A DNA stretch of 64,000 nt from Octopus sinensis. Taxonomy: Eukaryota. The stretch's first letter is position 1, and every line of letters starts with the position of its first letter. The DNA lies in assembly GCF_006345805.1 (NCBI RefSeq), contig NC_042997.1, positions 174,840,001 to 174,904,000 of the forward strand, written 5' to 3'. Position numbers and translations under genes: made by a program. The notes beneath the pieces are model-generated. The model was not told where the DNA came from, did not search any database, and saw only the letters and a list, made by a program, of their open reading frames with translations. Below, piece by piece: positions 26,385-39,789 of this stretch.

Positions 26385-26689
26385 TAATTATAAATCTAAT
26401 TACAACTACAGACTTATCCGAATTTCAGGCTCACAGTCGAAAAGTGGCAAGTAAACAGTCTGTGTCTTTGCTTCTTTGGTGCTGAGTGAAACCATTTACG
26501 AATCCAGATTAGTTATAGTGAGGCATTTCAGAGTCTGTGCGTGTGTTCGAGTCTAGTAGGAAGTTCTCAGGCTGAAGATCTGATCTGACTCGAATAATGC
26601 AGGAGAGAATGGACTTCACTAAAGGCATCCACAGTTCAATTGGTGGTGTTCAAATAGGAGATGGATTAAGCTTGTTCGTGTGTACGTGT

Positions 26690-26707
26690 ATGTGTACGTG
26701 TATGTGT

Positions 26708-26748
<41 letters not shown>

Positions 26749-26886
26749 TGTGTGTGTACGTGTGTGCGTGTGTGTGCGGGAAGAAGGAATGAAGGAAAAG
26801 AAAGAAAAAGGAAAAAGAAAAGACTTGAAAGAAAAAAAGCAAGAAAGAAAGAGAGAAAGCAAGAAAGAAAGCAAGGAGAAGAAAGC

Positions 26887-26938
<52 letters not shown>

Positions 26939-27015
26939 GGGAAAAGAGAGAAAGCAAGGAAGAAAGCAAGCAAGCAAGCAAGAAAGAAAGAAAGCAAGAA
27001 AGAAAGAAAGAAGGA

Positions 27016-27047
<32 letters not shown>

Positions 27048-27062
27048 AGCTAGCAAGCAAGC

Positions 27063-27105
<43 letters not shown>

Positions 27106-27260
27106 CAAGAAAGAAAGAAAGAAAGAAAAAAAGAAAGAAAGAAAGAAAGAAAGAAAAAGGGAAAAGAAAGAAAGACAGAAAAGTGAATGAAAGCAAGTGA
27201 GAAGAGAACGGATGAAAGGAAAAAAAAACGAAAGAAAGGAAGGAAAGAAGGAAGGCAAGA
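26690..27260. repeat. (GT)n plus long (GAAA/GCAA)n tract
   Basis: Direct reading. Confidence 0.95.
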
Positions 27261-27796
27261 GTGAAAGCAACAAAGCAAGTAACGTGATAATGTGTGGGAT
27301 GCTGTTTTTGACAGACGCGCGACGTGGAAGATTTAATTATGCAACGCAATCTGATTCTTGAAAGAAAATAAATACTCCCTCCAAACCCCCCCCCCCTCCC
27401 TCCTCCTCTCCCACCCACCATCCAACCCTCCACCCCCCCCCACCCCACCACCATCTCTTTCTCTCAAAAGTTCTAAAAGAAATCTAAAGCCGAAACATAA
27501 CCAAAAAAAAAAAAAAACCCCCCAAAAAAAAAAACCAAAAAAAAATCAAAACAAAGACAAAACAAAACAAGACAAAAAAACAATAATAATAATAATAATA
27601 AATAATAAAACTATGCAAAATATAACGAGAGAGAGAGAGAGGGAGAGAGGGAAAAAAATTGATTATTTTATTTCATAGTTTAATCTGAAAAGAAGATCGC
27701 TTGAGACGGTTGTCACCTCACACTTGCAACGTCATCTTCATATTTTTTGACATTGAAAACAAATAGATATTCGGGGAGTTTTTTTTCTCTCATTTT

Positions 27797-29190
27797 GTTT
27801 GTGTGTGTGCGTGTGTGTGTGTGTGTCTGTGAATGCGTAAGTGTGTTTGTGAGTGTGTGTGTGTGTGTGTGTGCTTGAGCACGTGTGCGGGTATGTGTGA
27901 GTGTGCGTACGTATGCGGGTGTGTGTGTGTGTAAATGCGTGTGTGCATGCGTACGTGTGCGCGGGTTTTTGTGAGTGTGCGAGCGTGTTTGTGTGTGTGT
28001 GTGTGTTGTGTGTGTGTGTCTGTGAATGCGTAAGTGTGTTTGTGTGTGTGCGTGTGTGTGTGTGTGTCTGTGAATGCGTAAGTGTGTTTGTGAGTGTGTG
28101 TGTGTGTGTGTGTGCTTGAGCACGTGTGCGGGTATGTGTGAGTGTGCGTACGTATGCGGGTGTGTGTGTGTGTAAATGCGTGTGTGCATGCGTACGTGTG
28201 CGCGGGTTTTTGTGAGTGTGCGAGCGTGTTTGTGTGTGTGTGTGTTGTGCGTGCGTACGTGTGTGCGCCTGTGTGAGTGTGCGAGCGTGTGTGTTTGTGT
28301 GTGTGTGTGCGTGCGTGCGTGCGTACGTGTGCAGGTGTGTGTGAATGTGCGAACGTGTGTGTGGGGGGGTGCTCGCGAACGTGTGTGTAAGTGTACGAGC
28401 GTGTGTGTGTGCGTGCGTACATGTGTGTCTATATGTGTAAGTGTACGAGCGTGAGTGTGCGAGCGTGTGTGTATGTGCGTGTGTGTGTGTGTATGTGTGT
28501 GTGTGTGTGTCTGCTTGTTTGTGTGTGTGCGTGTGCACGTATGTGTGTGCACGTATGTGTATGCACGTATGTGCGTGCACGTATGAGTGCCTACGTCTGT
28601 GTGTGTGTATGTGTGTGCGTACGTATGTGTGTGTGAGCGTGCATGTGTGTGTATGTATGTATGTGCACATGTGCTATTATGTATATACATGTCTTTGTAT
28701 GTATGTATATGTTAGTGTGTGTGTGCATGATTGCATGTGTGCATACGTTAGTATATGTGTATGTTTGTATGGAAGTTTGGACATGCGTGTGTGTTTATAT
28801 ATATATGTGCGTGTATGCTAGTATGTGTATGCATATGTATGTTGGTATGTGTGTTTATCCCTGTATGTGTATGCATGCTCGTAAGTGTGTGTGTGTGTGT
28901 GTGCAAGTGTGTGTACGTTTGTACTGGTGCGCGTATGCCGGCACGTGTCTGTATATCTGTATGCGCGCGCATGTTTATAGTGTATTTGTATGTATGTGTG
29001 TGTGTTTATATGCGTTTACGTACATACAAGTATGCTCGTGTGTGTGGATGTTAGTGTGTACGTATGTGTATGATGAACATAGGTGTATGCTTGTATGTGC
29101 GTATGTTTCTCTGTGTGAGTGTTTGGTTGTTGTTGTTGTTGTTGCTGCTGCTGTTGTTGTTGGTGCTGTTGTTGTTGTTGTTGTTGTTAT
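27797..29190. repeat. Compound GT-rich minisatellite with ~240-bp higher-order repeat
   Basis: ~27800-28040 repeated at ~28045-28250. Confidence 0.9.
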
Positions 29191-29659
29191 ACTACAAGAC
29201 CACTTGCAGCTCAATGAATTAACAGATGTCGTTGCTGGGAATGTGCTATAAGAGAATACAAAGACCCAGTCTTCGCCTACGCATCAAATAAATGAATGAA
29301 TGAATGAATGAAATAAATAAAATAAATAAATAAGCGCACCTCGGAAATTAAGTTCCATCTCTTGATTTTGTTCTCTGATAATTTCTGAAACCGATAGCCA
29401 ACGATAGTAACGACCATTCTGACTTCAATGATACACAGAGAGAATTGGGGAGAAGGGGAGGAGCGAAAGATGGGGAGGAGTGAGAGAAGGCGAGGTGATC
29501 GAGAGAGAGAGAGAGGTGCAAGACAGTTGGTACAATGCCAAACTTTGTATTTTGTTAAGCAGTAGTTCTCAAATTGTGCACAAGTTGTACTTAGGTCTGC
29601 GTTGATTTTTTTCTTTTTAAATATCATTTGTACCCACTTAATCCATTTACAATTTTTTT

Positions 29660-29925
29660 GTGCGCATTTTTCAAGCCTAGCCAGGCTCATGGGCCCGGTT
29701 TCCCGGTTTCTGTGGCGTATGTTTTCCCCCAGCTGGACGGAACGCCAGTCCATGGCAACGTTACTCAAGAAACAGGAAGAAAGAGTGAGAGAAAGTTGGG
29801 GCGAAAGAGTATAACAGGGACCGCCCCCCCCCCCTGCCGCTAAATAAACACACACAACGACCGCTCTGGGAATCGAAACCACGATCCTCCGACCACGAGT
29901 CCGGTACCCTAACTACTGGGCCATT
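29660..29925 (-). mobile_element. SINE related to family D
   Basis: Minus strand head GGCGCAATGGCCCAGTAGTTAGGG; GGAAACCGGGCCCATGAGCC tail. Confidence 0.75.
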
Positions 29926-30728
29926 GCGCCTCCAAATCCATATACAAATACGGATATTAAATAAAGCTAAATAAAACGAGAATTTTTTTTCAAAATGTTT
30001 AACTTTGCAATAGGATTTTTTTTTAATTTATAACTTTCCACGCGAAATGCACCAGTGATATTTTCCATTTAATCTCCAGAGTCTAAAAGTTAGACTACAA
30101 AGTCTAAAAGTTTGAGAACCACCGCTGAAGAGTGAGCGATGGTGTGAGCGACAGGAATAATCTGGATGATGGTTAGGTTGTGCAGAGCAGTCTTTTCTAT
30201 ACTGTTGCATAATGTGATCTTCCTGAAGCCTTATCTCTCTCAAGCCAAATATTACGGCCTAAAAATGTATTAATGCATTAGATATAGTACGAGATGCAAG
30301 ATATTATAGCTTAAAGAGCAGAATAAAAACCTCACAATATTTTGTCAAGCGCTAAAACATTTTCGCTTTGTGGTATCGAGTTCGAAAGGAAGAAAAATAG
30401 AGTGTGGTCACACATAGAATATTGATTATTTGTCCTGCTTTACAGAGGCTGATCTGGTTAATTCTAAACCACAGCTACGATACTGAGCCAACGAGGGAGC
30501 TACTATTTAGCCACTCAATCTGCTAAAAATGGCAGTCAAATTTTTCCCCAAACAAATTCCTACGTAATCCGGAATGCATCATTCTTGAAAGTAACGATAG
30601 GTCATTGTTTAAATACTATTGAGCATAAGTCTTCTCCAGTTGCCTCGACCTGCAGTTAAATAACCACAATAGTAAGAAATTCTAGTATTCTGGAAAAGGC
30701 AACGATTCCTCGGTTAGATACTAAGAAG

Positions 30729-30807
<79 letters not shown>

Positions 30808-30989
30808 TATGTATATATATTATATGTATATAATTCATTCACCTACTTAAATATATATATATATAATATATATATCTATATATATATATATATAATACAA
30901 AGAATGGAATGAACAAATCATTTTATTACTTCAATTTATTGTTTCATCATGGTTTTATATAATCAATCTTGCAACGTCATGCAATAATT

Positions 30990-31260
30990 CATGCAGTCAT
31001 TGATTATTGTATGACAAACCAGGCGCTATTATACTTAATCTTCTTTCTTGATAGTTGCCAGATTAGATTTTCCAGGGAGGTATTATGCTTCTTGCTTGTA
31101 CTTCGGAATGATGCAAATGCTTCTGTCATCTTTTGTAGTAATCCGCAGTCGCGCCTATATACCTGAATATGTACAGTGCATTTATAATTATTATCCAAAG
31201 GATAACTGTCTTAAAGAAAAGCCGCTAACTGTGTCATAAAATCTTAACATACATTTAATA
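30990..31260 (-). mobile_element. Decayed Penelope-like GIY-YIG fragment
   Basis: Frameshifted YKCTV..YIGAT..KH / SFRSTSKKHNTSLENLIWQL..IKY..W; family assignment from motif recall. Confidence 0.55.
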
Positions 31261-31989
31261 AAGCAAGCAGCTATAAAAACTTGTTTGCATCAGACTTAAA
31301 AACCGATTGATAAAGTCAACTATCCCGTTTAAACAAAATAACATTCCTTTGACCAATTCAATTCTTGGCACTCATTTGTTTGGATTATGTAAATGTGTTC
31401 ATGTAGACACTTATAACTGGGTACGTATGTATATATTCAGGGTTTCCTGAATTCGATCTGCATATTATTTTCTTCGCAATTCTAAAGAGTTTCTTTCGAT
31501 ATGTGTTATGAAGGATGCCATCAATTAGCACATGGAAAGTAATCAATGGTTACATGAATTATTTCATAATATTGTAAGATTGATTAAATTGTTAAAATAC
31601 GATGAAACAACTGTAAATTGAAGTAAAAAGTCGATTCTTTATACAGTCCATTCTTTATATATGTCATTGTAAAATCTCAGTTATTATTTGTGGATTTTCA
31701 GATATTTATTTGGCAGAACAAACGATTCCCATTTTACTATTTTGTCTGAAAGCCAATATTCGTGGATGACCTTCATATAGTAAACACCAGACTTATATGC
31801 CCCAGTAAAATTATCGCGAGCGCGTGTGCATTTTTGTGTGTGAGTGTGCGTGTGTGTGTGAGAGAGAGAGAGAGAGGAAGACAACGTGTGTGAACGTGCA
31901 TATACGTACATATATTTAAGCATGAATACAGATATATATGTATATATATATATATATAATATATATATACATATTTATGTTTGTATATT

Positions 31990-32023
31990 CACAGACAGAC
32001 AGGCAGACAGACATTCAAACAGT

Positions 32024-32091
<68 letters not shown>

Positions 32092-32120
32092 TAGATAGAT
32101 AGATAGATAGATAGACACTC

Positions 32121-32207
<87 letters not shown>

Positions 32208-32222
32208 GAGATAGATAGATAT
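31990..32222. repeat. (CAGA)n(TAGA)n
   Basis: Direct reading. Confidence 0.95.
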
Positions 32223-33285
32223 ACAACAGGATTCCGCACAGTTTCCATCTACCAAATTCAATCACAAGGTATTGGCTGTCTCGGAGCTACAGTAGAAGAT
32301 ACTTGACCAAGTTACCGCGCAGTGGGACTGAACCCTAAACCATACTGCCATGCCTGACCTATACACACCCACACACACATGTATGTAGATATGTATGTAA
32401 TTTTAGCTAAATATTGAAGGTGCATCTTGTTTAGTGATTCAAATAAAAATACAAAAGACGGTGAGTTAGAAGTTTGAAAGTCAAATACAAAAATAATTCG
32501 TGTAAGATATTTTTTAAATAACATTTCTTAACATGCAACATAGTTGAGTCAAATGATACAACTTGCTGATTCAAAACAGAGATTAACAGTTTGTATTAGG
32601 TCACCGATATTAAGCTGAGTTGCTGACGAAAGCATTTATCTTTTAATAGCCCAGTTCATTCAGCAGTAAATAGATGCATGGACAAGATATGTTACACTCA
32701 TGCAGACAAACGCTATATGGCGCGGGGTTTTTGCGAATTGCCATGTTCAGATTAAATATTCCTGTGACGGAAGCGATGGAAAAATCGCATCGATGTAGTT
32801 TTCTTTATCACGTGGGAATCACGTGGTCCAAAACCATAGATTTTTATCACCTGCTGATGAATATCTCTAATTTTTAAAAAATCTAGACACTGTCTTTAAT
32901 TTTTAATTCGTTAGAAATAAAACGTTTGTGAAATTATATTTATAAGTGATTTACCACATATTTTAAAAGTGATTCACTACTTTTTTTTTTCAGATTCTTT
33001 AACACGCTCCTCTTGTTAGTTTTCGAAGGAAATGCTACTCACCTCTCACCTCACCCCGTTACCATTGCTTTTCTTTCTTTATCTTCGTTCATTAAATCAG
33101 GCAAATTTTTTTAACCTTCGCCATCTGGAATTGAGATAGAGTTATGTCAATGCAGTGGCAGTTGAGCTTGAATTATTGCAGGTTTCTAATTTGAAGTAAA
33201 AGATGAACTGAAACACACACACACACACACACACACGCGCACGCGCGCACACACACACTCGCACACACACACACAACCACACACA

Positions 33286-33508
33286 TACGAAAGGGGCGCT
33301 GAAAAATTTCTGGCTTAGGGTAAAAGAAAATACAGGAGGATCAGTTAATTTATGATTTTATTCAACATATTCCCCTCTCAGAAGCACACACTTATCGCAG
33401 CGGTCCTTCAGTTTTTTCTAAGTCCTGTAAAAAGACTCAGAAGGCTAGGCCTTCAATCGGGCCTTTTGCGACACCCTTAAAACCAAGAACTTTTCAGCAC
33501 CCCTCGTA
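33286..33508. mobile_element. Mariner-derived MITE
   Basis: TA-flanked TIRs: TACGAAAGGGGCGCTGAAAAATTTCTGG / reverse complement TACGAGGGGTGCTGAAAAGTTCTTGG. Confidence 0.85.
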
Positions 33509-34011
33509 TAGATGATATTCACATACACATATACACATATGTATGCATATACATAGATATATGTAGTTGGCTGGATGGATGGATGGATGGATGGATGGAT
33601 GGATGGATGGATGGATGGATGGATGGAAGGATGGATGGATAGATGGATGGATGGATGGATGGATGGAAGGAAGGAAGGAAGGAAGGAAGGAAGGAAGCTC
33701 ATTTATTCTCAGTTGTATTCACAGCTGATATCCTTGTTAGCATCTTCCAAACATTGACCACAGTTGACGCAAAGCATTTTCTTAAGACTTAAGAGACAAA
33801 AGAAAAGATGTGAGGACTAAATTTTGTTACAAAATACAATTATTCTAATGAATACATCTGACTTGGGATGATTTCAAATCCAGCTTCTTTGATTTGTCAG
33901 GGTTTCAAGACTTAAGATTAAAATGTTAGTACCAGTACTTTTAAACTAATACTGGACATATAGTTGGTCATATACTATATCATTGCTTATTCATTTCCCT
34001 ATTCTCTTCGT

Positions 34012-34240
34012 GTTGAGGCTCATGGCTTGGTGGTTAAGATGTTGAGCTCATGATCATAAGATTATGGTTTCAGTCCTTAGACCGGGCGATGTATTGTGTT
34101 CTTGAGCAAAACACTTTCATTTCATATTGCTCCCGTTTACTCAGCTGGCAAAAATGAGAAATCCTGGGACGGACCGACGTTCCGTTCAGTGGATGAATAT
34201 ATGCGCCACGGAAACCGGGAAACCGGCCCTATATGACACC
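34012..34240 (+). mobile_element. Decayed SINE with C-like core and D-like tail
   Basis: TGGCTTGGTGGTTAAG head; GGAAACCGGGAAACCGGCCCTAT tail. Confidence 0.65.
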
Positions 34241-34367
34241 TGATGGGTCGCTATCTTGTCTTTATCGTTATCCTGTCCACTTCCCTCATCAATTTGATTG
34301 CATCCCAACCACAAGCCTTATACGAAAAAATTCGTTCTGTCATTCTTTCTCATAACTGCAACTACAG

Positions 34368-34437
34368 AAAAATCTTTCCCTATCCAAAGCTAATGTGGTA
34401 GCTTCTATGAGATCGCTCATCCTGCAAGAATTATCAA
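34368..34437 (+). CDS. Candidate exon C (KNLSLSKANVVASMRSLILQELS)
   Basis: Pyrimidine tract + CTACAG acceptor, consensus GTAAGT donor; only the phase-0 frame is open. Confidence 0.5.
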
Positions 34438-34686
34438 GTAAGTTTGCCTCGAGTCACACTTTATTTTCTTAAAACGGGTTGGTGGAAACACCTTAGTTAC
34501 GATATTTTTGGATAAAAAAATATGTAATAGTAACACCTGAAATATCTTTAACCATAAATACATTGAATTCAGGTTGAACTATTTATTATTAACCATCAGC
34601 GACAATATCAAAACCATGATCAACACCACCACTGTTATTGCCGAGAACAGCATCAGGCATACAACTGCTGGTAACTCAACCTCATT

Positions 34687-34924
34687 AAGGCGGCGAGCTG
34701 GCAGAAACATTAGCACGCCGGGCGAAATGCTTAGCAGTATTTCGTCTGTCGCTACGTTCCGAGTTCAAATTCCGCCGAGGTCGATTTTGCCTTTCATCCA
34801 TTCGGGGTCAATTAAATAAGTACCAGTTACGCACTGGCGTCGATATAATTGACTTAATCCGCTTGTCTGTCCTTGTTTGTCCCCTCTGTGTTTAGCCCCT
34901 TGTGGGTAGTAAAGATATAGGTAT
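34687..34924 (+). mobile_element. SINE-B, full length
   Basis: Consensus match. Confidence 0.9.
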
Positions 34925-35109
34925 CTCAACCTCATTCGTTTAAAAGGAACAGCAAGGACTATAGACACTGGCCCTCCTCCGTACATTAAATAATATATTA
35001 AAAAATTGCACACTTACTTGAAAGAATCGCAAACGAGTAGAGTGTCAGTTTATCTCGATTTTCTGCAGCTGTGCGTTGGCTTTAGCGATTTTTTTTTCTT
35101 TTACTGCAG

Positions 35110-35126
35110 AAAGCAATTCTCTTTAA
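35110..35126 (+). CDS. Candidate terminal coding exon D (K-SNSL*)
   Basis: Very strong TTTTTTTTTCTTTTACTGCAG acceptor; TAA in the phase-1 frame; AATAAA near 35563. Confidence 0.3.
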
Positions 35127-35689
35127 ATCAATGGTAAATCCAAGGTTAAATCACACCACACTATTTTTTAAAATTTGCATTCTAACACAACAGATTTGAT
35201 CTCTTCAGACGATATTTTTAATATCCAATTCTCATCTTGCAAAATTTTAAAGCTTATATTTAACTGGTTTCGGAAATCTGTCATTATAACATTTTATATT
35301 TATTCTGCTGAGTCAGAAAAATAGCCCTACTCTACCTCTCTAACATCAACTTCATATTCAACACGAAGCTGAAAAGCTTTAGTTATATAATCCTGAATAA
35401 TCGTAGTCTGATTTCTGAATAGCAAATTCAGAAAATAGTCTTAGAAATTGATTTTAACATGTCACCACATCGAAAATTGCATTTGAATCGGGTTTAATTT
35501 TCCATTGTTTCATTTTGTTTTATTCGTAGTTTAATTTTGTCTTAGTTTTTTTTATTTTCCTTCAATAAATACGTGGCCTTGTGCCTTTGTAAGAAATCAA
35601 TATTTGTGACAAGCAAAATAAATTGCAAGCAGCATTCAGTAGAGATCAATGCCAATGACACCAGAAACAAAACGCTTACTATTATTAAC

Positions 35690-36220
35690 TCTAAGGTGTT
35701 GTGTTAGCAGAGTCGTTAGTGCGTCGGACAAATGCTTAGCGGTATTTTTTCCGGCTTTTCAGTTCTGCATTCAAATCCCGCCGAGATCTACATTGCTTTT
35801 AATCCTTTCGGGGAAATAAGTAGCAGTTAAATACTGGGGTCGATGTAATTGATTAGCCCCACTCCACACAAAATTTCAGGTCTTGTGCCTATACTAGAAA
35901 GGATAATTAACTTTACCTAAAGCGGCGAGCCAGCAGAATCGTTAGCGCGTCGGACAAAATATTTAACGACATTTTTCCAGCTTTTCAGTTCTACTTTCAA
36001 ATTTCACCGAGGTCTACTTTACCCTTTCGTCCTTTCGGGGTCCATAAAATAAGTGCAGCTTGAGCACTAGAGTCGGTGTAATTAACAACCGCTATCCCTA
36101 AAATTAACTTCACTTAAGTCGGTGAGCTGGCAGAATGGTTAGCTCGCCGGACAAATTCTTAGCGGCGATACTTCCGGCACTTTACGTACTGAGTTCAAAT
36201 CCCGCCGAAGTTAACTTAGA
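35690..36220 (+). mobile_element. Three decayed SINE-B-like copies in tandem
   Basis: Repeated GCAGAATCGTTAG..TTCAAAT..CCGAGG heads at ~35690, ~35920, ~36115. Confidence 0.7.
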
Positions 36221-36699
36221 ATTGATTTTCTAAAATTTTAAATTAAGGTTTGCAAAACAAAAAGAAAAAAGAAAACATCTACAGCGCAATCTAGATATTC
36301 TTTGCGATTCACCAATTCGTTGCGATGCACTATGTGAACCACTGTCTTAAGTCTTAAACGTTGCATGAATGGGTGTGTGCTAAAATTATTTACATAATTT
36401 AAGAGATTTTAAATATCATTTTTGTAGTATTTATATTTATTCAAAGTGAAAATACATTTGAAAATTACCGCCTAAGAAAAACAGCTATTTTTTGTCATTT
36501 GATCGTTTAACACACACCATTGAATCTACTAGAAATTGCAGCCAAATCTCCCTTACTCTCTGAAAACACGACGTCAACAAAATATAACAACTAAACACTT
36601 CTAGAGTCTCATTCGACATGCTAGAAACAGAAACTAAATTTCCCTCAACTATGCCCGGCTTTTTTTCTTGTTGTTGTTTTAATGCTCATTATTATCCTT

Positions 36700-37090
36700 T
36701 TTTTATTTTTTATATGTTTCAATTATTAGACTGTTACCATGCTGGGGCACCGCCTTGAACAATTTCAGTCGAACGAATTGACTCTACTACTTCTTTTAAA
36801 ACCTGGTACTTATTCTATCGTCTTTGTTGCCGAACCGCTAAGTTACGGAGACGTAAACACCATCACCCGTTGTCTAGCAATGTTGGTGGGACAAATACAC
36901 ACACATCATTATATATATAAAAGAATTGGGTTTCTTTCAGTTTCCCTCTACCAAATGCACTCACAAGGATTTGATCGTCCCGAAGATTTAGTAGAAGATA
37001 CTTGTTCAAGATGTCACGCAGTGGAGCTGAACTCGGAGCCATGTAGTTGGGAAATAAACTTCTTACCACACAGCCACACATGTAATGCTT
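36700..37090 (-). mobile_element. Decayed SINE-A
   Basis: Consensus match with many substitutions. Confidence 0.75.
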
Positions 37091-37689
37091 ACTGCCACGA
37101 CTATCCTGTAACCGTTACATAATATAAAAATTAAGCAACAATCATGAGTGGAACATTTTTTATGACAGATCTGCTCCGTCAGGGCTGGCCTAGGGCTAAA
37201 CATCAGCAACTGCAGCAATAACTACTCCATTCAGTAAATTCCTTACAAGCACTCGATACTCTCCCTTTGCTTGCCCTCTCCTCTTCTTTTCAAATACATG
37301 TATCTGTCTATCTGTATCGCTATCTCTCTTCTGCTCTCTACTCTTCGCTCTCACGTTCTTTTTCCTCTGCACACTTCTCCCTTCAATCTTTCTCCACGGG
37401 CGAAAACAATATCGAGAGCTTCTCTTCAAAATTTAGCTTCATTAAGATTTATTCAGTTCAGCTGCGTTGAAGTATCTCCTCGTCCACGACCAAATCAGAT
37501 TTTGTTTGGCCTGGATGGGTTGGGGGAAAAGGAGGAAGAAGAGTAAGGAGGATAGTTAGAAATGGAGGATAGAGTAAGGTGAGATACAAGAGGAAGTGAA
37601 AAAGAGGATCAGGAGAAAAGAAGGGAGAGAGGAGGAATGTGGTGAAAAGGGGGGAAGGATGAGGAAATAGGAATGAGGAGAGAAGGATA

Positions 37690-37705
37690 GAAAAGATAAT
37701 GGTAT

Positions 37706-37767
<62 letters not shown>

Positions 37768-37872
37768 TGTAGCAGTAGTAGTTGTTGTTATTACTATTGT
37801 TGTTGTTTTAGTAAAAGAAGAGGAGGAAGAGATAAGGATTATGTTGGTGATGATATTAATGGTGGTGGTGGT

Positions 37873-37909
<37 letters not shown>

Positions 37910-38420
37910 GTGGTGTCGGCAGTGGTGGTGGCGACGGTGGTCGTGACGGTCGTGACGGTGGTGACGGTGGCGGCCGTGGTAACTAAGATGATGATGATGA
38001 TGACAATAACGATGATGGTCACGACGACTACGAGGATGTTGAGGAGGAGGAGGAGGAGGAGGAGGGGAGAATAAGAGAGAAAAAGTCAAAAACCACAGCC
38101 AACATTATCGTTATTACTATTATCATCATCAGCACCGTCGGGATTCTGACGATGAGGATAATGACATGAAGGAGATGCACGAGGAGGAGAACGTTGATAA
38201 TGATAACATTTTCTTGTTTTTTATTAGAGTAAGAAGCAGAACGGGAGAAAAACAAGGAAAAACAAGGGAATCGTTGGATAGTGTCGTCGCTGGTAAGTTT
38301 CATATGGAGAGACGAAGTCTTTGAAAATAATGTATGTATCTGCTGGATCGAACCTGGTCCTCAACAACTGGTAATGTTTAATAACAACAGCAGCTGCAGC
38401 AGTAGCAACAGAAGAAGAAG

Positions 38421-38504
<84 letters not shown>

Positions 38505-38514
38505 GAGTAGTAGT

Positions 38515-38553
<39 letters not shown>

Positions 38554-38654
38554 AGTATAGTAGTAGTAACAGCAGATAGATAGATAGATAGGTAGATAGA
38601 TAGATAGATAGATAGACAGATAGATAGATAGATAGATAGATAGAAGATAGATAG

Positions 38655-38692
<38 letters not shown>

Positions 38693-38726
38693 TATAGATA
38701 GATAATAGATAGATATCTAGATAGAG

Positions 38727-38814
<88 letters not shown>

Positions 38815-38815
38815 G
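37690..38815. repeat. Compound (AGT)n/(GGC)n/(AGA)n/(TAGA)n low-complexity block
   Basis: Direct reading. Confidence 0.95.
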
Positions 38816-39324
38816 CATACATACATACTTACATATATGTGAGCGTTTACATGCTTTCATATGTACATAGGGAGAGGGAGCAGGGGAGAGATTGCATATT
38901 TAGTAACGAAGGGAAGAGAAAATGTTCAACATTCAGCACCGAAGGCTGAATGTAAAATACATATATTTATGGTCAGCTAAAATTCATAGGGGTGCCTAAT
39001 ATATCGCGATGGCATAAAAATCATTTCCACAATCCGTTATGCTAGCATAAATGTAAGATATCTTGAGTGCCGTTGCAAATTCTAGCTAACCAGAATATAT
39101 ACAGGAATCTCCTGCGTTACGGGAGAGATACATTCCTACAAACTTGCTGTAATGCGAAATCCCGTAAAGTAAAATTAATTTTGTCATTGATTTTTAAGTT
39201 ATAAAGCGATGATGCATTCCGGCAGAGATTTTTTAATTTTTTTCTTTTCTTTTTAGAAAAAAATAATAAAAGCAGCACGTCCACTATCGTGCATGAAAAT
39301 AACAACTTTAAAAAATACATTGCA

Positions 39325-39714
39325 CGTGGCTGTGTGGTAAGTAGCTTGCTTACCAACCACATGGTTCTGGGTTCAGTCCCACTGCGTGGCACCTTGGGCA
39401 AGTGTCTTCTACTATAGCCTCGGGCTGACCAAATCCTTGTGAGTGGATTTGGTAGACAGAAACTGAAAGAAGCCCGTCGTATATATGTATATATATGTAT
39501 GTGTGTGTATATGTTTGTGTACCTGTGTTTGTCCCCCAACATCGCTTGACAACCAATGCTGGTGTGTTTGCGTCCCCATAACTTAGCGGTTCGGCAAAAG
39601 ATATCGATAAAATAAGTAGTAGGCTTACAAAGAATAAGACCTGGGGTCGATTTGCTCGACTAAAAGCGGTGCTCCAGCATGGCCGTAGTCAAATGACTGA
39701 AACAAGTAAAAGAG
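39325..39714 (+). mobile_element. SINE-A, full length
   Basis: GTGGCTGTGTGGTAAGTAGCTTGCTTACC...GAAACAAGTAAAAGAG. Confidence 0.9.
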
Positions 39715-39789
39715 TTAGAAAATATGTAATCATAAAAGATATTTGTAGAGAACTATTTCAATATCGTAACTGGGTAAATTCTTACGACA

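Noticed and set aside
27797-29190. CRISPR-like or coding tandem array
   Set aside because: Units are GT/AC microsatellite derivatives without unique spacers; eukaryotic context, no cas genes
31004-31198. Host coding exon VYRRDCGLL..
   Set aside because: Better explained as a frameshifted Penelope-like GIY-YIG remnant
37130-37520. Coding exon in unique DNA
   Set aside because: Stops in all frames on both strands; no recognisable motif
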